Positions 27,827 to 37,885 of a DNA stretch of 64,000 bases are shown here, one piece after another. Under the pieces are notes generated by a model that saw only the letters and a list, made by a program, of their open reading frames with translations, made no database searches and was not told the DNA's origin. The DNA is from Betaproteobacteria bacterium (lineage in GTDB: Bacteria > Pseudomonadota > Gammaproteobacteria > Burkholderiales > SG8-41). Where the stretch lies: contig JAHFRL010000010.1 of the NCBI GenBank assembly GCA_023266235.1, positions 5,555-69,554 of the forward strand, read 5' to 3'. A program made the translations under genes and the position numbers. Positions within the stretch are counted from its first letter, which is position 1. The number at the start of each line of letters is the position of its first letter.

Positions 27827-29152
27827 ATGTCTCAAATGACCCCCCAGGAAATCGTCCACGAACTCGATAAACATATCATCGGGCAGGACGCCGCCAAGCG
27901 CGCGGTTGCGATCGCATTACGCAATCGCTGGCGCCGCCAGCAGGTGGCGGAGCCGCTGCGCCAGGAGATCACGCCCAAGAATATCCTGATGATCGGACCG
28001 ACCGGCGTCGGCAAGACCGAAATCGCGCGGCGGCTGGCGCGGCTCGCTGACGCGCCGTTCATCAAGGTCGAAGCGACCAAGTTCACCGAAATCGGCTACG
28101 TCGGGCGCGACGTCGACACCATCGTCCGCGATCTGGTCGAGACCGCGATCAAGCAGACGCGCGAGCAGGCGACACGCAAGGTGCGGCACCAGGCCGCGGA
28201 CCAGGCCGAGGAGCGCGTCCTCGATGTCCTGCTGCCGCCCGCGCGCGATGATGTTGCAGCGGTCGGCGAAAGCGCAAACGCGACGCGGCAAAAATTCCGC
28301 AAGAAGCTGCGCGAAGGCGAACTCGACGACAAGGAAATCGAGATCGACGTTGCCTCGCCCCAGGCGCACATGGAGATTTTCGCCCCGCCCGGCATGGAGG
28401 ACCTGACCTCCCAGATCCAGGGCATGTTTCAGAACCTGGGCGGCGCGCGGCGCAAAACGCGCAAATTGAAGATTCGCGAGGCGATGAAACTGCTGGCCGA
28501 GGAAGAGGCGGCGAAGCTCGTCAACGATGACGACCTTAAATTACGCGCGGTCGCCAACGTGGAGCAGAACGGCATCGTGTTCCTGGACGAGATCGACAAG
28601 ATCACCAGCCGCTCCGAGGTTTCAGGCGCCGACGTTTCGCGCCAGGGCGTGCAGCGCGACCTGCTGCCGCTGGTCGAAGGCACGACGGTGTCGACCAAGT
28701 ACGGCATGATCAAGACCGACCACATCCTGTTCATCGCGAGCGGCGCATTCCATCTCGCCAAGCCCTCCGACCTGATCCCCGAGCTGCAGGGGCGTTTCCC
28801 CATCCGCGTCGAACTGGCGAGCCTCTCCGTCGCCGATTTCGAGCAGATACTCACTAACACCGATGCGTGCCTCACGCGCCAGTATGAAGCGCTGCTCGCG
28901 ACCGAGGGCGTGACCGTCAATTTTCAAACGTCGGCGATCAAGCGCCTCGCCGAAATCGCATGGCAGGTCAACGAGAAGACCGAGAACATCGGCGCGCGGC
29001 GCCTGTACACCGTGATGGAAAAGCTACTCGAGGAAATTTCCTTCAACGCGACCAAGCGCTCGGGCGAGAAGATCGCCGTCGACGCCGCGTACGTCGACGC
29101 CAGGCTGAAAGGGCTGGCGCAGAGCGAGGATTTGGCCCGTTACGTGCTGTAA
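27827..29152 (+). CDS. hslU: ATP-dependent protease ATPase subunit HslU
   Basis: [60 protein letters not shown]. Start moved to ATG 27827. Confidence 0.95.
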   Translation: MSQMTPQEIVHELDKHIIGQDAAKRAVAIALRNRWRRQQVAEPLRQEITPKNILMIGPTGVGKTEIARRLARLADAPFIKVEATKFTEIGYVGRDVDTIVRDLVETAIKQTREQATRKVRHQAADQAEERVLDVLLPPARDDVAAVGESANATRQKFRKKLREGELDDKEIEIDVASPQAHMEIFAPPGMEDLTSQIQGMFQNLGGARRKTRKLKIREAMKLLAEEEAAKLVNDDDLKLRAVANVEQNGIVFLDEIDKITSRSEVSGADVSRQGVQRDLLPLVEGTTVSTKYGMIKTDHILFIASGAFHLAKPSDLIPELQGRFPIRVELASLSVADFEQILTNTDACLTRQYEALLATEGVTVNFQTSAIKRLAEIAWQVNEKTENIGARRLYTVMEKLLEEISFNATKRSGEKIAVDAAYVDARLKGLAQSEDLARYVL

Positions 29153-29154
29153 CG

Positions 29155-29223
29155 GAAATGATGAGTGATGAGTGACGGCGCAGCAGTCTGCGCTGACTTT
29201 TCACCGCTCACTGCTCACCGCAC
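29155..29223. repeat. Inverted heptamer-type hairpin after hslU (GATGAGT units)
   Basis: The left arm is gaaatgatgagtgatgagtgacgg. The inner small hairpin is gcgcagcagtctgcgc. The right arm is ttttcaccgctcactgctcaccgcac. Confidence 0.8.
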
Positions 29224-29277
29224 TAAGACCGTCGGCTTGATCCCCAGCGCCTGACCGATGCGCTCGGCGGCCTGCCG
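29215..29277 (-). pseudogene. Duplicated 3' end of rlpA (last ~20 codons plus stop), orphan fragment
   Basis: 59/63 nt are identical to 30828-30890. On the minus strand it translates as ..RQAAERIGQALGIKPTVLVR*, versus ..RQIAERIGQALGIKPMVLVR* in rlpA. Confidence 0.85.
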
Positions 29278-29280
29278 CGC

Positions 29281-30165
29281 TTATGCGGCGGTCAACCCGT
29301 AGTCGCTCGGGGATTCCTCGATGCAGTAGCCATTACGGCCGCGTGCCTTGACCTCGTACATCGCGCGGTCGGCGCGCTCCAACAGCAAGGCTGCATCATG
29401 ACCGTCTCGCGGGTAGAAGCTCGCGCCCACGCTCAGCGTAATCCGGAACTCGTGGCCGCGCACTACGTAAAGCTCGCCGCACGTCGTAAGCAGTTTGGAC
29501 GTAATGCATGCGGCCGACCGCTGATCTGTGACGCCATCGAGAATGGCGACGAATTCATCGCCGCCCCAACGCGCCACGGTGTCGCTTGCCCGTACCGATT
29601 GCACGAGGCGCGCAGCAATTTCGCGCAACAGTTCATCACCGGTCTCGTGCCCGAAGGTGTCGTTAATCTGCTTGAAGTGATCGATGTCGATGTAGAGCAA
29701 AGCAAACGCACTGCGGTTGCGCTGCCCGACCGCCAGGGCACGTGCCAGCCGGTCGTCGAACAGGTTGCGGTTCGGCAGCCCGGTGAGGTTGTCGTGAAAC
29801 GCCAGCCTGGAGAGCCTCTCCAGCTGCCGGTCGTCGCCAAGGTGTTGAAAAAAGTGGACGTAATGGGTTACCACACCGGCGTCGTCGCATAACGGATAGA
29901 CCGCGTACAAGACATCGAGCATGTTTCCGCTGCTGCTGTGAATGCGCAGTTCGCGGTACTTGGCCTCGCCAGCGTCCTGCCCGCCCGGTCCTACCCGGAA
30001 CTCCAGGAGGTTGAAGGGCAGTTCGACCGGTTCACCGCTGCGCACCCCCAGCATCCTGCATAGATACGCGTTGGCGTGTTCGAGCGTGCCGTCCAGTCGC
30101 GCGATCGCCATCCCTACCGCGAAACGTTCGATGTTTCTGAGAAGGTCTTGTTTATGCCAAGCCAT
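29281..30165 (-). CDS. Diguanylate cyclase (GGDEF) with N-terminal PAS-like sensor region
   Basis: DNLTGLPNRNLFDDRL, LLYIDIDHFKQINDTFGHETGDELL, RWGGDEFVAIL (GGDEF), RADRAMYEVKARGRN. Confidence 0.9.
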   Translation of the reverse strand: MAWHKQDLLRNIERFAVGMAIARLDGTLEHANAYLCRMLGVRSGEPVELPFNLLEFRVGPGGQDAGEAKYRELRIHSSSGNMLDVLYAVYPLCDDAGVVTHYVHFFQHLGDDRQLERLSRLAFHDNLTGLPNRNLFDDRLARALAVGQRNRSAFALLYIDIDHFKQINDTFGHETGDELLREIAARLVQSVRASDTVARWGGDEFVAILDGVTDQRSAACITSKLLTTCGELYVVRGHEFRITLSVGASFYPRDGHDAALLLERADRAMYEVKARGRNGYCIEESPSDYGLTAA

Positions 30166-30229
30166 GTCGGCCGATTATGACGGTGGAGTCGCAAACGCCT
30201 AGCGCGCAACGATTTAATTTTGCACATAT

Positions 30230-30267
30230 GTTACTATAGGTTACTATAAAACGCAACCGTTAGTAAC
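30230..30267. promoter_or_regulatory. Operator-like repeats in the divergent GGDEF / HTH promoter region
   Basis: Direct repeat gttactatag gttactataa, followed by the palindrome gttagtaac. The stretch is AT-rich, with TTGCAC just upstream. Confidence 0.4.
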
Positions 30268-30302
30268 TCTCGCCGTCATGCTTGGTGGTAGTGTGGTCCA
30301 GC

Positions 30303-30716
30303 ATGACCCTCGCTGATGAGAAACAGGGCTTCAGTAAGCGACTCAAGGAAACGATACGCAGGGCGCGCATCGACATCAGCAGCCCGACGCTTATTGCCCG
30401 CGAATTCAACCTGCGGTATCACGGCGACCCAGTTTCCACACAGGCGGTACGAAAATGGCTGTCGGGGAAAGCACTACCCTCGCAGGACAAAATCCGCGCT
30501 TTGGGATTGTGGCTCGACGTCCCGGCGCACTGGTTGCGTTTCGGCGAGGCCGACAGGAAGGAGGAACGCCAGCCGTTGACTGTGCGGCAGGAGGCGGGCG
30601 CCTATCGGCTTGCCCACGGCTGGCCGTCAAGGAAGTTCGAGCTGCTGAATGATACCCATAAGCGTATGGTGGTGGAGATGGTTCACGCGCTGTTGCGGCT
30701 CGAGGGCAAGCAGTAG
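30303..30716 (+). CDS. XRE/Cro-type helix-turn-helix transcriptional regulator
   Basis: FSKRLKETIRRARIDISSPTLIAREFNLRYHGDPVSTQAVRKWLSGKALPSQDKIRALGLWLDV. Start moved to ATG 30303. Confidence 0.75.
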   Translation: MTLADEKQGFSKRLKETIRRARIDISSPTLIAREFNLRYHGDPVSTQAVRKWLSGKALPSQDKIRALGLWLDVPAHWLRFGEADRKEERQPLTVRQEAGAYRLAHGWPSRKFELLNDTHKRMVVEMVHALLRLEGKQ

Positions 30717-30773
30717 CGCGAGACAGTCGTACCGCCGGTCGCAAAGGGGCAGGGATCTCGCGCATTGCGTGTT

Positions 30774-30836
30774 GTAAGTGGTAAGCGTTCAGCGATCGGT
30801 GAGACTCGGCCGCTTACCGTTCATCGTTCACCGCAC
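30774..30836. repeat. Inverted heptamer-type hairpin (GTAAGYG units) abutting the rlpA stop
   Basis: The left arm is gtaagtggtaagcg. The right arm is cgcttaccgttcatcgttcaccgcac. Confidence 0.75.
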
Positions 30837-31901
30837 TAAAACCATCGGCTTGATCCCCAGCGCCTGACCGATGCGCTCGGCGATCTGCCGAGCTTCGGTC
30901 TGGTTGGTGTATGGCCCGGCGTGTACGCGGTGGAGCCCGTCCCGCGGAAACACGTGCAGACGGTCGGCCAGCCAGTCGATCTGCAGCCTGAGCCTCGCGA
31001 GGTAGTTTTCCGCATTTTCCCTTGATCCGAATGCACCAAGCTGCAGGTAAACGCCGTTTGCTTCCCTGGTCATGGGGATCTCAGGCGCGGCGGTTACCGC
31101 TGTCGGTTGCGTCTCGGGCGCCGGGGGTGGCGCAGCAATTGGCTCGGGTGCGCCCGCCGCCGTGGGTGTACGGTCACGCAGGGGGGCTGACGCCGGCTGT
31201 GCTGGAGCGGACGCCAGGGCCGCTGGCGTGATGTCGCCCGGCAGGATACTTTCCACTTCCACCATCGCGCTGCCGCCGCCCAGCACGCCGAGCTTGTAAG
31301 CCGCGGTGTACGACAAATCGATCAGCCGGTCGGAGCGGAATGGCCCGCGATCGTTGACGCGCACCACCACCGACTTGTTGTTCTGTAAATTGGTGACGCG
31401 CACGTAGCTCGGGATCGGCAATACCGTGTGCGCCGCCGTCATGCCGTACATGTCGTAAATCTCGCCTGACGAAGTCTGCTGGCCGTGATAGCGCCGGCCG
31501 TACCAGCTCGCGATGCCGCGCGCCTTGTACGGCTGCAACGCAGTCATCGGCGCGTAGCTTTGCCCCATCACGGTGTATGGCCGTTGCGTGCCGCGGTGCA
31601 GCGGCTCGCGTTTCGGCGCCGCATCGGGAACCTGGTCGAGATTCGACGGTGGATTGTCGCCCGGTCCGTCATCGCGGTAGTACCCGCCACCACGCGGCGT
31701 CGCGGGTTTGGAAGGGGCGGATACGCCATCCGGCACGCGGGTCACCGGCGGTTCGCGCGTGGCGATGCTGCCGCAGCCGGCGAGCGTGATCGCGGCGCAT
31801 GCCGCAATCACGCGAAGAGGCGAGAGGCGAGAAGCGAGAAGCGGGATAGAGCCAAGCGGTTCATCTCCTCTCTCCTCTCTCCCCTCGCCTTTCTCCGTCA
31901 C
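30828..31901 (-). CDS. rlpA: Septal ring lytic transglycosylase RlpA family lipoprotein with C-terminal SPOR domain
   Basis: Lipobox ITLAGC. DPBB region GIASWYGRRYHGQQTSSGEIYDMYGMTAAH...VRVTNLQNNKSVVVRVNDRGPF. SPOR-like tail YLQLGAFGSRENAENY. The start is uncertain: GTG 31901 would translate through a repeat hairpin. Confidence 0.8.
   Translation of the reverse strand: MTEKGEGREERGDEPLGSIPLLASRLSPLRVIAACAAITLAGCGSIATREPPVTRVPDGVSAPSKPATPRGGGYYRDDGPGDNPPSNLDQVPDAAPKREPLHRGTQRPYTVMGQSYAPMTALQPYKARGIASWYGRRYHGQQTSSGEIYDMYGMTAAHTVLPIPSYVRVTNLQNNKSVVVRVNDRGPFRSDRLIDLSYTAAYKLGVLGGGSAMVEVESILPGDITPAALASAPAQPASAPLRDRTPTAAGAPEPIAAPPPAPETQPTAVTAAPEIPMTREANGVYLQLGAFGSRENAENYLARLRLQIDWLADRLHVFPRDGLHRVHAGPYTNQTEARQIAERIGQALGIKPMVLVR
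31814..31896 (-). repeat. Inverted purine/pyrimidine heptamer-type hairpin between the rodA stop and the rlpA lipobox
   Basis: The plus-strand arms are gaagaggcgagaggcgagaagcgagaagcggg and ctcctctctcctctctcccctcgcctttctcc, with a 19-nt spacer. Confidence 0.85.
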
Positions 31902-33001
31902 GACTGCACCAGTTTTTTATGCGTCTGGATGCTCATCAGGATCCCCAAGCCAAGACAGATGGTAACCAGCGAAGTTCCGCCATAGCTGACGAGCGGCAGC
32001 GGCACGCCCACCACCGGCAGGATGCCGCTCACCATGCCCATGTTGACGAATGCGTAGGTGAAGAAGGTGAGCGTGATCGCGCCGCCGAACAGCCGCGTGA
32101 ACAGCGTCGGTGCGTTGGCAGTGATCACGACGCCGCGCGCGATCACCAGCAGGAACAGGAACAGCAGCAGCATGTTGCCGAGCAGGCCGAATTCCTCGGC
32201 ATAAACCGCGAAGATGAAATCGGTGGTGCGCTCCGGGATGAAATCAAGGTGGGTCTGCGTGCCTTGCAGCCAGCCCTTGCCGACGAGGCCGCCCGAGCCG
32301 ACCGCGATGGTCGACTGTATCGCGTGATAGCCGGCGCCGAGCGGATCCTGCGTCGGATCGAGCAGCGTCAGGATGCGCTCGCGCTGGTAGTCGTGCATTG
32401 CCGACCACAGGAACGGCAGGCAGGCGGCGCCCGCGATCGCCAGCCCGATAATGATGCGCCATGACAGGCCGGCGAGAAACAGCACGTAGCACCCCGCCGC
32501 GAATATCAAGAGCGCGGTGCCGAGATCGGGCTGGCGCACGATCAGCGCCACCGGGATGACCAGCAGGATCGAGGCAATGATGTAGTTCTTGAGCCTGAGT
32601 GTTGCCTCATAGCGGTCGAAGTACCACGCCAGCATCAGCGGCACCGCGATTTTCATGAGTTCCGAGGGCTGGATGCGGGTGACCCCGACCTGCAGCCAGC
32701 GCCGTGCGCCATGCACGACGTCGCCGAACAGCGCGACACAGATCAGCAGCAGCACGCCCAGCACATATAGCGGCAGCCCGAGGCGCGCGAGGTAATGCGG
32801 CGGAATGTTGGCGAACGCGTAAAGTACGCCCAGCGCAACGAGCATGTTCAGGAGCTGTGCACTGACGCGGGCCAGGTTCATATCGGAGGCGCTGAAGATG
32901 GCGATCAGGCCGAGAGCCATCAGCGCGCCGACCGCGGCGAGCAGCTGACCGTCAACGTGCCGGGTAAGGGTTGCGACGCTGCGCCTAATCCACGGATTCA
33001 T
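31898..33001 (-). CDS. rodA: Rod shape-determining protein RodA (SEDS peptidoglycan polymerase)
   Basis: RIQPSELMKIAVPL, GTALLIF, FIPERTTDFIFAV, PLPLVSYGGTS. Start moved to ATG 33001. Confidence 0.9.
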   Translation of the reverse strand: MNPWIRRSVATLTRHVDGQLLAAVGALMALGLIAIFSASDMNLARVSAQLLNMLVALGVLYAFANIPPHYLARLGLPLYVLGVLLLICVALFGDVVHGARRWLQVGVTRIQPSELMKIAVPLMLAWYFDRYEATLRLKNYIIASILLVIPVALIVRQPDLGTALLIFAAGCYVLFLAGLSWRIIIGLAIAGAACLPFLWSAMHDYQRERILTLLDPTQDPLGAGYHAIQSTIAVGSGGLVGKGWLQGTQTHLDFIPERTTDFIFAVYAEEFGLLGNMLLLFLFLLVIARGVVITANAPTLFTRLFGGAITLTFFTYAFVNMGMVSGILPVVGVPLPLVSYGGTSLVTICLGLGILMSIQTHKKLVQS

Positions 33002-34892
33002 GGTCGCTTCCCTTGCCGGCTTTCTGCAGCAGCGGTTCCTTTCCGAGCAGATAGTAATCGAGCACCTGGCGCGCGATCGGCGCGGCGGCCCGGGCGCCAA
33101 ATCCGGCGTTCTCCACGACTACCGCGAGCGCGATCTGCGGTCGATCCGCCGGTGCATAAGCGATGAACAACGCATGGTCGCGGTAGCGTTCCGCGACGCG
33201 GTTCGCGACGTATTTTTCGCCCTGCTTCAGGGCAATTACCTGGGCCGTGCCGGTCTTGCCGGCGCTCACGTATTGCGCCCCGGCAAACGCGCGCGCGCCG
33301 GTGCCTTCCTTGTTGACGCCGATCAGCGCCTGCCGCACCACCTGGAGATGCTCGGGCTTGACCTCGAGCCTGCGCAGCGGCTGTTGCTCGACCGTGCTGC
33401 GCTTGCGCGTCACGATGTCCTCGATATAGTCGACGATGTGCGGCCGGAACATCACGCCGTCACCCGCGATCGTCGCAATCGCCTGCGCGAGCTGCAGCGG
33501 CGTGTAGGCGTTATAACCCTGGCCGATGCCGACACTGATGGTTTCCCCCGCGTACCACTTCTGCTTGAAGCGCCGCATCTTCCATTCCTGCGACGGCAGG
33601 ATGCCGGGCGATTCACCGGTGATGTCGATGCCGGTGCGGCTGCCGAAACCGAACAGCCGCATGAAATTGGAAATGTTGTCGATGCCCAGATCGTTGGCGA
33701 GCATGTAGTAATAGGTGTCGCACGACACCACGATCGATTTGTACATGTCGACCATGCCATGCCCGCCCGCCTTGTCATCGCGGAAGAAGTGACCGCCGAA
33801 GTTGAACCCGCCCGGATCGCTGATCACCTGTTCGGGCCGGCGCTTGCCGTACGTGAGCGCCGCGAGCGCCATGTAGGGCTTGAACGTCGAGCCCGGCGGG
33901 TAGGTGCCGGCGAGCGCGCGGTTGACCATCGGCCGATCGAGCGACTCATTGAGTTCCTTCCAGTTCAGCGGGTCGATGCCGTCGACGAACAGGTTGGGGT
34001 CGAAGCCGGGCTTGGAGACGAATGCCAGCACGCCGCCGGTGGCGGGATCGATCGCGACCAGCGCGCCGCGGTTATCGCCGAATGCGCGGTAGACGACTTC
34101 CTGCAGCCTGGCATCGAGCTTGAGCATGAGGTTGTTGCCCGACACCGGCGGCGTGCGGGAGAGCGTCCTCACCGCGCGGCCGCCGGAATCGACCTCGACT
34201 TCCTCGACGCCGGTGGTGCCGTGCAAATGCGTCTCGTAGCTCTGCTCGAGACCGGTTTTGCCGATGTAGTCGGTGCCGCGATAGTTGGCATCAATGCCGT
34301 CGGCTTCCAGCTGTTCGAGCTCGCTCTGGTTGATGCGGCCGATGTGGCCGACCACGTGCGAGAACAGCTCGCCCTGCGGATACCGGCGGAACAGGCGCGC
34401 ATTGATCTCCACGCCGCGGAAGCGATAGCGATTGGCGGCAAAGCGCGCGATTTCCTCATCCGAGAGCCGCGTGCGAATCGGCAGGCTCTCGACGCTCTTG
34501 CTTTCCTCGAGCAGTTTCTTGAAGCGCCGCCGGTCTTTCGGCGCGATTTCAATCACGGTCGCGAGCTCGTCAACCAGCGCGTCGACGTCCTCGACCTTGC
34601 CCGGCGTGATCTCGAGCGTGTAAGCCGAGTAGTTGTGCGCGAGCAGCACGCCGTTGCGGTCGACGATGATGCCGCGGTTGGGCACGATCGGCACGATTGA
34701 AATACGGTTCGCTTCGGCGAGCGTGTTGTAATGCTCGTGCTGGATTACCTGCAGGTAGAAAAAGCGCGCGAACAGGAGAAAAAACACGAACATCACGAAG
34801 CCCGACGCGATCGCGAGGCGGAACCGGAAATGGTAGATCTCGAGCCGCGAATTCCTGAACTCGACGCCGGGGTTGATGATCAGCTCAGACAT
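32985..34892 (-). CDS. mrdA: Penicillin-binding protein 2 (peptidoglycan D,D-transpeptidase MrdA)
   Basis: RGIIVDRNGVLLA, PGSTFKP (SxxK), SCDTYYY (SxN-like), KTGTAQV (KTG). Confidence 0.9.
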   Translation of the reverse strand: MSELIINPGVEFRNSRLEIYHFRFRLAIASGFVMFVFFLLFARFFYLQVIQHEHYNTLAEANRISIVPIVPNRGIIVDRNGVLLAHNYSAYTLEITPGKVEDVDALVDELATVIEIAPKDRRRFKKLLEESKSVESLPIRTRLSDEEIARFAANRYRFRGVEINARLFRRYPQGELFSHVVGHIGRINQSELEQLEADGIDANYRGTDYIGKTGLEQSYETHLHGTTGVEEVEVDSGGRAVRTLSRTPPVSGNNLMLKLDARLQEVVYRAFGDNRGALVAIDPATGGVLAFVSKPGFDPNLFVDGIDPLNWKELNESLDRPMVNRALAGTYPPGSTFKPYMALAALTYGKRRPEQVISDPGGFNFGGHFFRDDKAGGHGMVDMYKSIVVSCDTYYYMLANDLGIDNISNFMRLFGFGSRTGIDITGESPGILPSQEWKMRRFKQKWYAGETISVGIGQGYNAYTPLQLAQAIATIAGDGVMFRPHIVDYIEDIVTRKRSTVEQQPLRRLEVKPEHLQVVRQALIGVNKEGTGARAFAGAQYVSAGKTGTAQVIALKQGEKYVANRVAERYRDHALFIAYAPADRPQIALAVVVENAGFGARAAAPIARQVLDYYLLGKEPLLQKAGKGSDHESVD

Positions 34893-35406
34893 CGTCGGGG
34901 TCCGGCGTTGGACGTTGCGGAAGCTTCAACAGAAAGCACACCACCGGCCACAGCGCGCCGGCGATGAAGCTGCCGGCGAAATAGCTGAAGCCCGGGAATT
35001 CGGCGCCGGCGACCTTGCGGATCGCAAGGACGATCAGGTCGTTAAGCAGCAGCAGCGCGATCACGTGCAGGACCTGGTCTTTCATCGTGAACATCAGCAC
35101 CCGGTGGTGCAGCACGATCCCGGCAAAAGCCAGCACCGAGTAGGCGAGCGCGTGCTGGCCGAACAGGCTGCCGTTGGCGACGTCCATCAGCAACCCCAGC
35201 AGCCAGGCGGCGGCAAAGCCGACTTTGCGCGGTTGCTGAATGCACCAGTAAAGCACCACCAGCGCGACGAAATCGGGCCTGATCGCGAGCGGCCAGCCCG
35301 ACCACGGCAGCAGATTGATGATCAGCGCCGCGATCAGCGTGAAGACGATGAACGCCGGGTTTACCGGCAGCAGGATTTCCTGGGGGCCGGCGCCGCGCGA
35401 TTGCAT
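34885..35406 (-). CDS. mreD: Rod shape-determining protein MreD
   Basis: Multi-TM protein with RPDFVALVVLYWCI and LLMDVANGSLFGQHALAY. Start ATG 35406 overlaps the mreC stop. The track ORF's 130-codon Arg-rich extension is rejected. Confidence 0.8.
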   Translation of the reverse strand: MQSRGAGPQEILLPVNPAFIVFTLIAALIINLLPWSGWPLAIRPDFVALVVLYWCIQQPRKVGFAAAWLLGLLMDVANGSLFGQHALAYSVLAFAGIVLHHRVLMFTMKDQVLHVIALLLLNDLIVLAIRKVAGAEFPGFSYFAGSFIAGALWPVVCFLLKLPQRPTPDPDDV

Positions 35407-36305
35407 CAGCCGCCCCTCCTTGGTTTCCTGGCGCGTACCGGTTTTTCGTCTTCCGCCGGCCGCGCCGGCGCCTTGTTTTCCCAGTTCACGACCAACACCT
35501 GGCCGTGGCTCGCGACGCCGGCGAGCGGCCTGCAGGTGATGCGGGCGAACAGGTAGGCGGCGTTGCGTTCGACGTTCGATACCTCGGCTACCGGCAGGTG
35601 CGGCGGATAAACACCGTCGATGCCCGAGGTCACGAGTTGATCGCCGTTCTGGAAATCGGCGTTGAGCGGAATGAACTTGAGCTCGAGCTGGCCGTCGTTG
35701 CCGGTGCCGCCGAGCACCGCGCGCAGGCCATTGCGCAGGTTTTGCACCGGCACCGCGTGCTCCTTGTCGGTGATCAGCGTGATTTCGGAGAGCCACGGAT
35801 AGACGCGCGTAACCTGGCCGACGACGCCGATCTGGTCGATCACCGGCTGACCGGCCTTGATGCCGTTCTGCCCGCCTTTGTCGACGACGATCTTGCGGGT
35901 AAACGGATCGCGGCCGGCATAGAGCACTTCGGCGACAATCGTGTTTTCAGGGAAGCGCTGGCGCGCCGTGAGTATGTCGCGCAAACGCGCATTCTCGGCG
36001 GCGAGCGCCTTGTACTTCTGCAGCGTCGCCGCGTTTTGCAGGCTTTGCTCCGCAAGCCGCGCATTCTCGGTGCGCAGCGCCGATTGCGTGACAAAGAACT
36101 CGCCAATGCGGTCGAGCATCGCGCGCGGCGTGCCGGCGAGCCGCTCTAACGGATATATGATGATCGCGACGACCTGCCGGACGCTGTCGAGATATCGGTA
36201 GCGCGCGTCCGAGATCAGCAGCGCTACCGACAGCAGGGAACACAACAACAGGCGAACGAGAGGGGCGGGGCCGCGCTTGAAAAATGGCGGGGGGGAATGT
36301 TCCAT
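35406..36305 (-). CDS. mreC: Rod shape-determining protein MreC
   Basis: An N-terminal TM segment and a coiled coil (ENARLAEQ...ENARLRDIL), then GQPVIDQIGVVGQVTRV and LVTSGIDGVYPPHLPVAEV. Confidence 0.9.
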   Translation of the reverse strand: MEHSPPPFFKRGPAPLVRLLLCSLLSVALLISDARYRYLDSVRQVVAIIIYPLERLAGTPRAMLDRIGEFFVTQSALRTENARLAEQSLQNAATLQKYKALAAENARLRDILTARQRFPENTIVAEVLYAGRDPFTRKIVVDKGGQNGIKAGQPVIDQIGVVGQVTRVYPWLSEITLITDKEHAVPVQNLRNGLRAVLGGTGNDGQLELKFIPLNADFQNGDQLVTSGIDGVYPPHLPVAEVSNVERNAAYLFARITCRPLAGVASHGQVLVVNWENKAPARPAEDEKPVRARKPRRGG

Positions 36306-36310
36306 CAGTC

Positions 36311-36392
36311 GTGAGGCGAGAGGCGGGAGGCGGGAGGCGATTCAAAGCGGTGGTTTTTCGCCTCACTCCTCACGCTTCACTCCTCACTCCGC
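36311..36392 (-). repeat. Inverted heptamer-repeat hairpin between mreB and mreC
   Basis: The plus-strand arms are gtgaggcgagaggcgggaggcgggaggcga and cgcctcactcctcacgcttcactcctcactccgc. On the minus strand the GGAGTGA units follow the mreB TGA. Confidence 0.9.
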
Positions 36393-37478
<1,086 letters not shown>

Positions 37479-37525
37479 CTATGATACCCTATTGCGCCTG
37501 ATTTTTTAAGCGAAAAACGCAGCCC

Positions 37526-37813
37526 ATGACGCTGACTCTGGACGATGTGAAACGCATCGCGCACCTTGCCCGCATCGAGATCGAGCCGCACGAGGCGGAG
37601 CAGGTGCTGGCACAGTTGACCGGGATCTTCCGGCTGATCGAGGAGATGCAGGCGGTCGGCACCGACGGCGTCGAGCCAATGGCGCATGCGCAGGACGTGA
37701 TGCTGCGACTGCGCGATGATGCGGTGACCGCAGCGGATCAGCGCGCGCTGTTCCAGTCGATTGCACCCCAGGTCGAATCCGGCCTTTACCTGGTGCCCAA
37801 GGTTATTGAGTGA
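37526..37813 (+). CDS. gatC: Asp/Glu-tRNA(Asn/Gln) amidotransferase subunit C
   Basis: [17 protein letters not shown]...LYLVPKVIE, upstream of gatA and gatB. Confidence 0.9.
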   Translation: MTLTLDDVKRIAHLARIEIEPHEAEQVLAQLTGIFRLIEEMQAVGTDGVEPMAHAQDVMLRLRDDAVTAADQRALFQSIAPQVESGLYLVPKVIE

Positions 37814-37844
37814 GGGGTGAAGGGTGAAGAGTGAAGGGTTGGGG
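37810..37844 (+). repeat. Tandem heptamer repeat (GTGAGGG/GTGAAGG/GTGAAGA) starting on the gatC TGA
   Basis: gtgaggggtgaagggtgaagagtgaagggttgggg. There is only a weak complementary arm (cccctttgaccc...) before gatA. Confidence 0.85.
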
Positions 37845-37885
37845 CCTCAACGGTTTCCCCTTTGACCCGTTAATGCCTCAATCCA

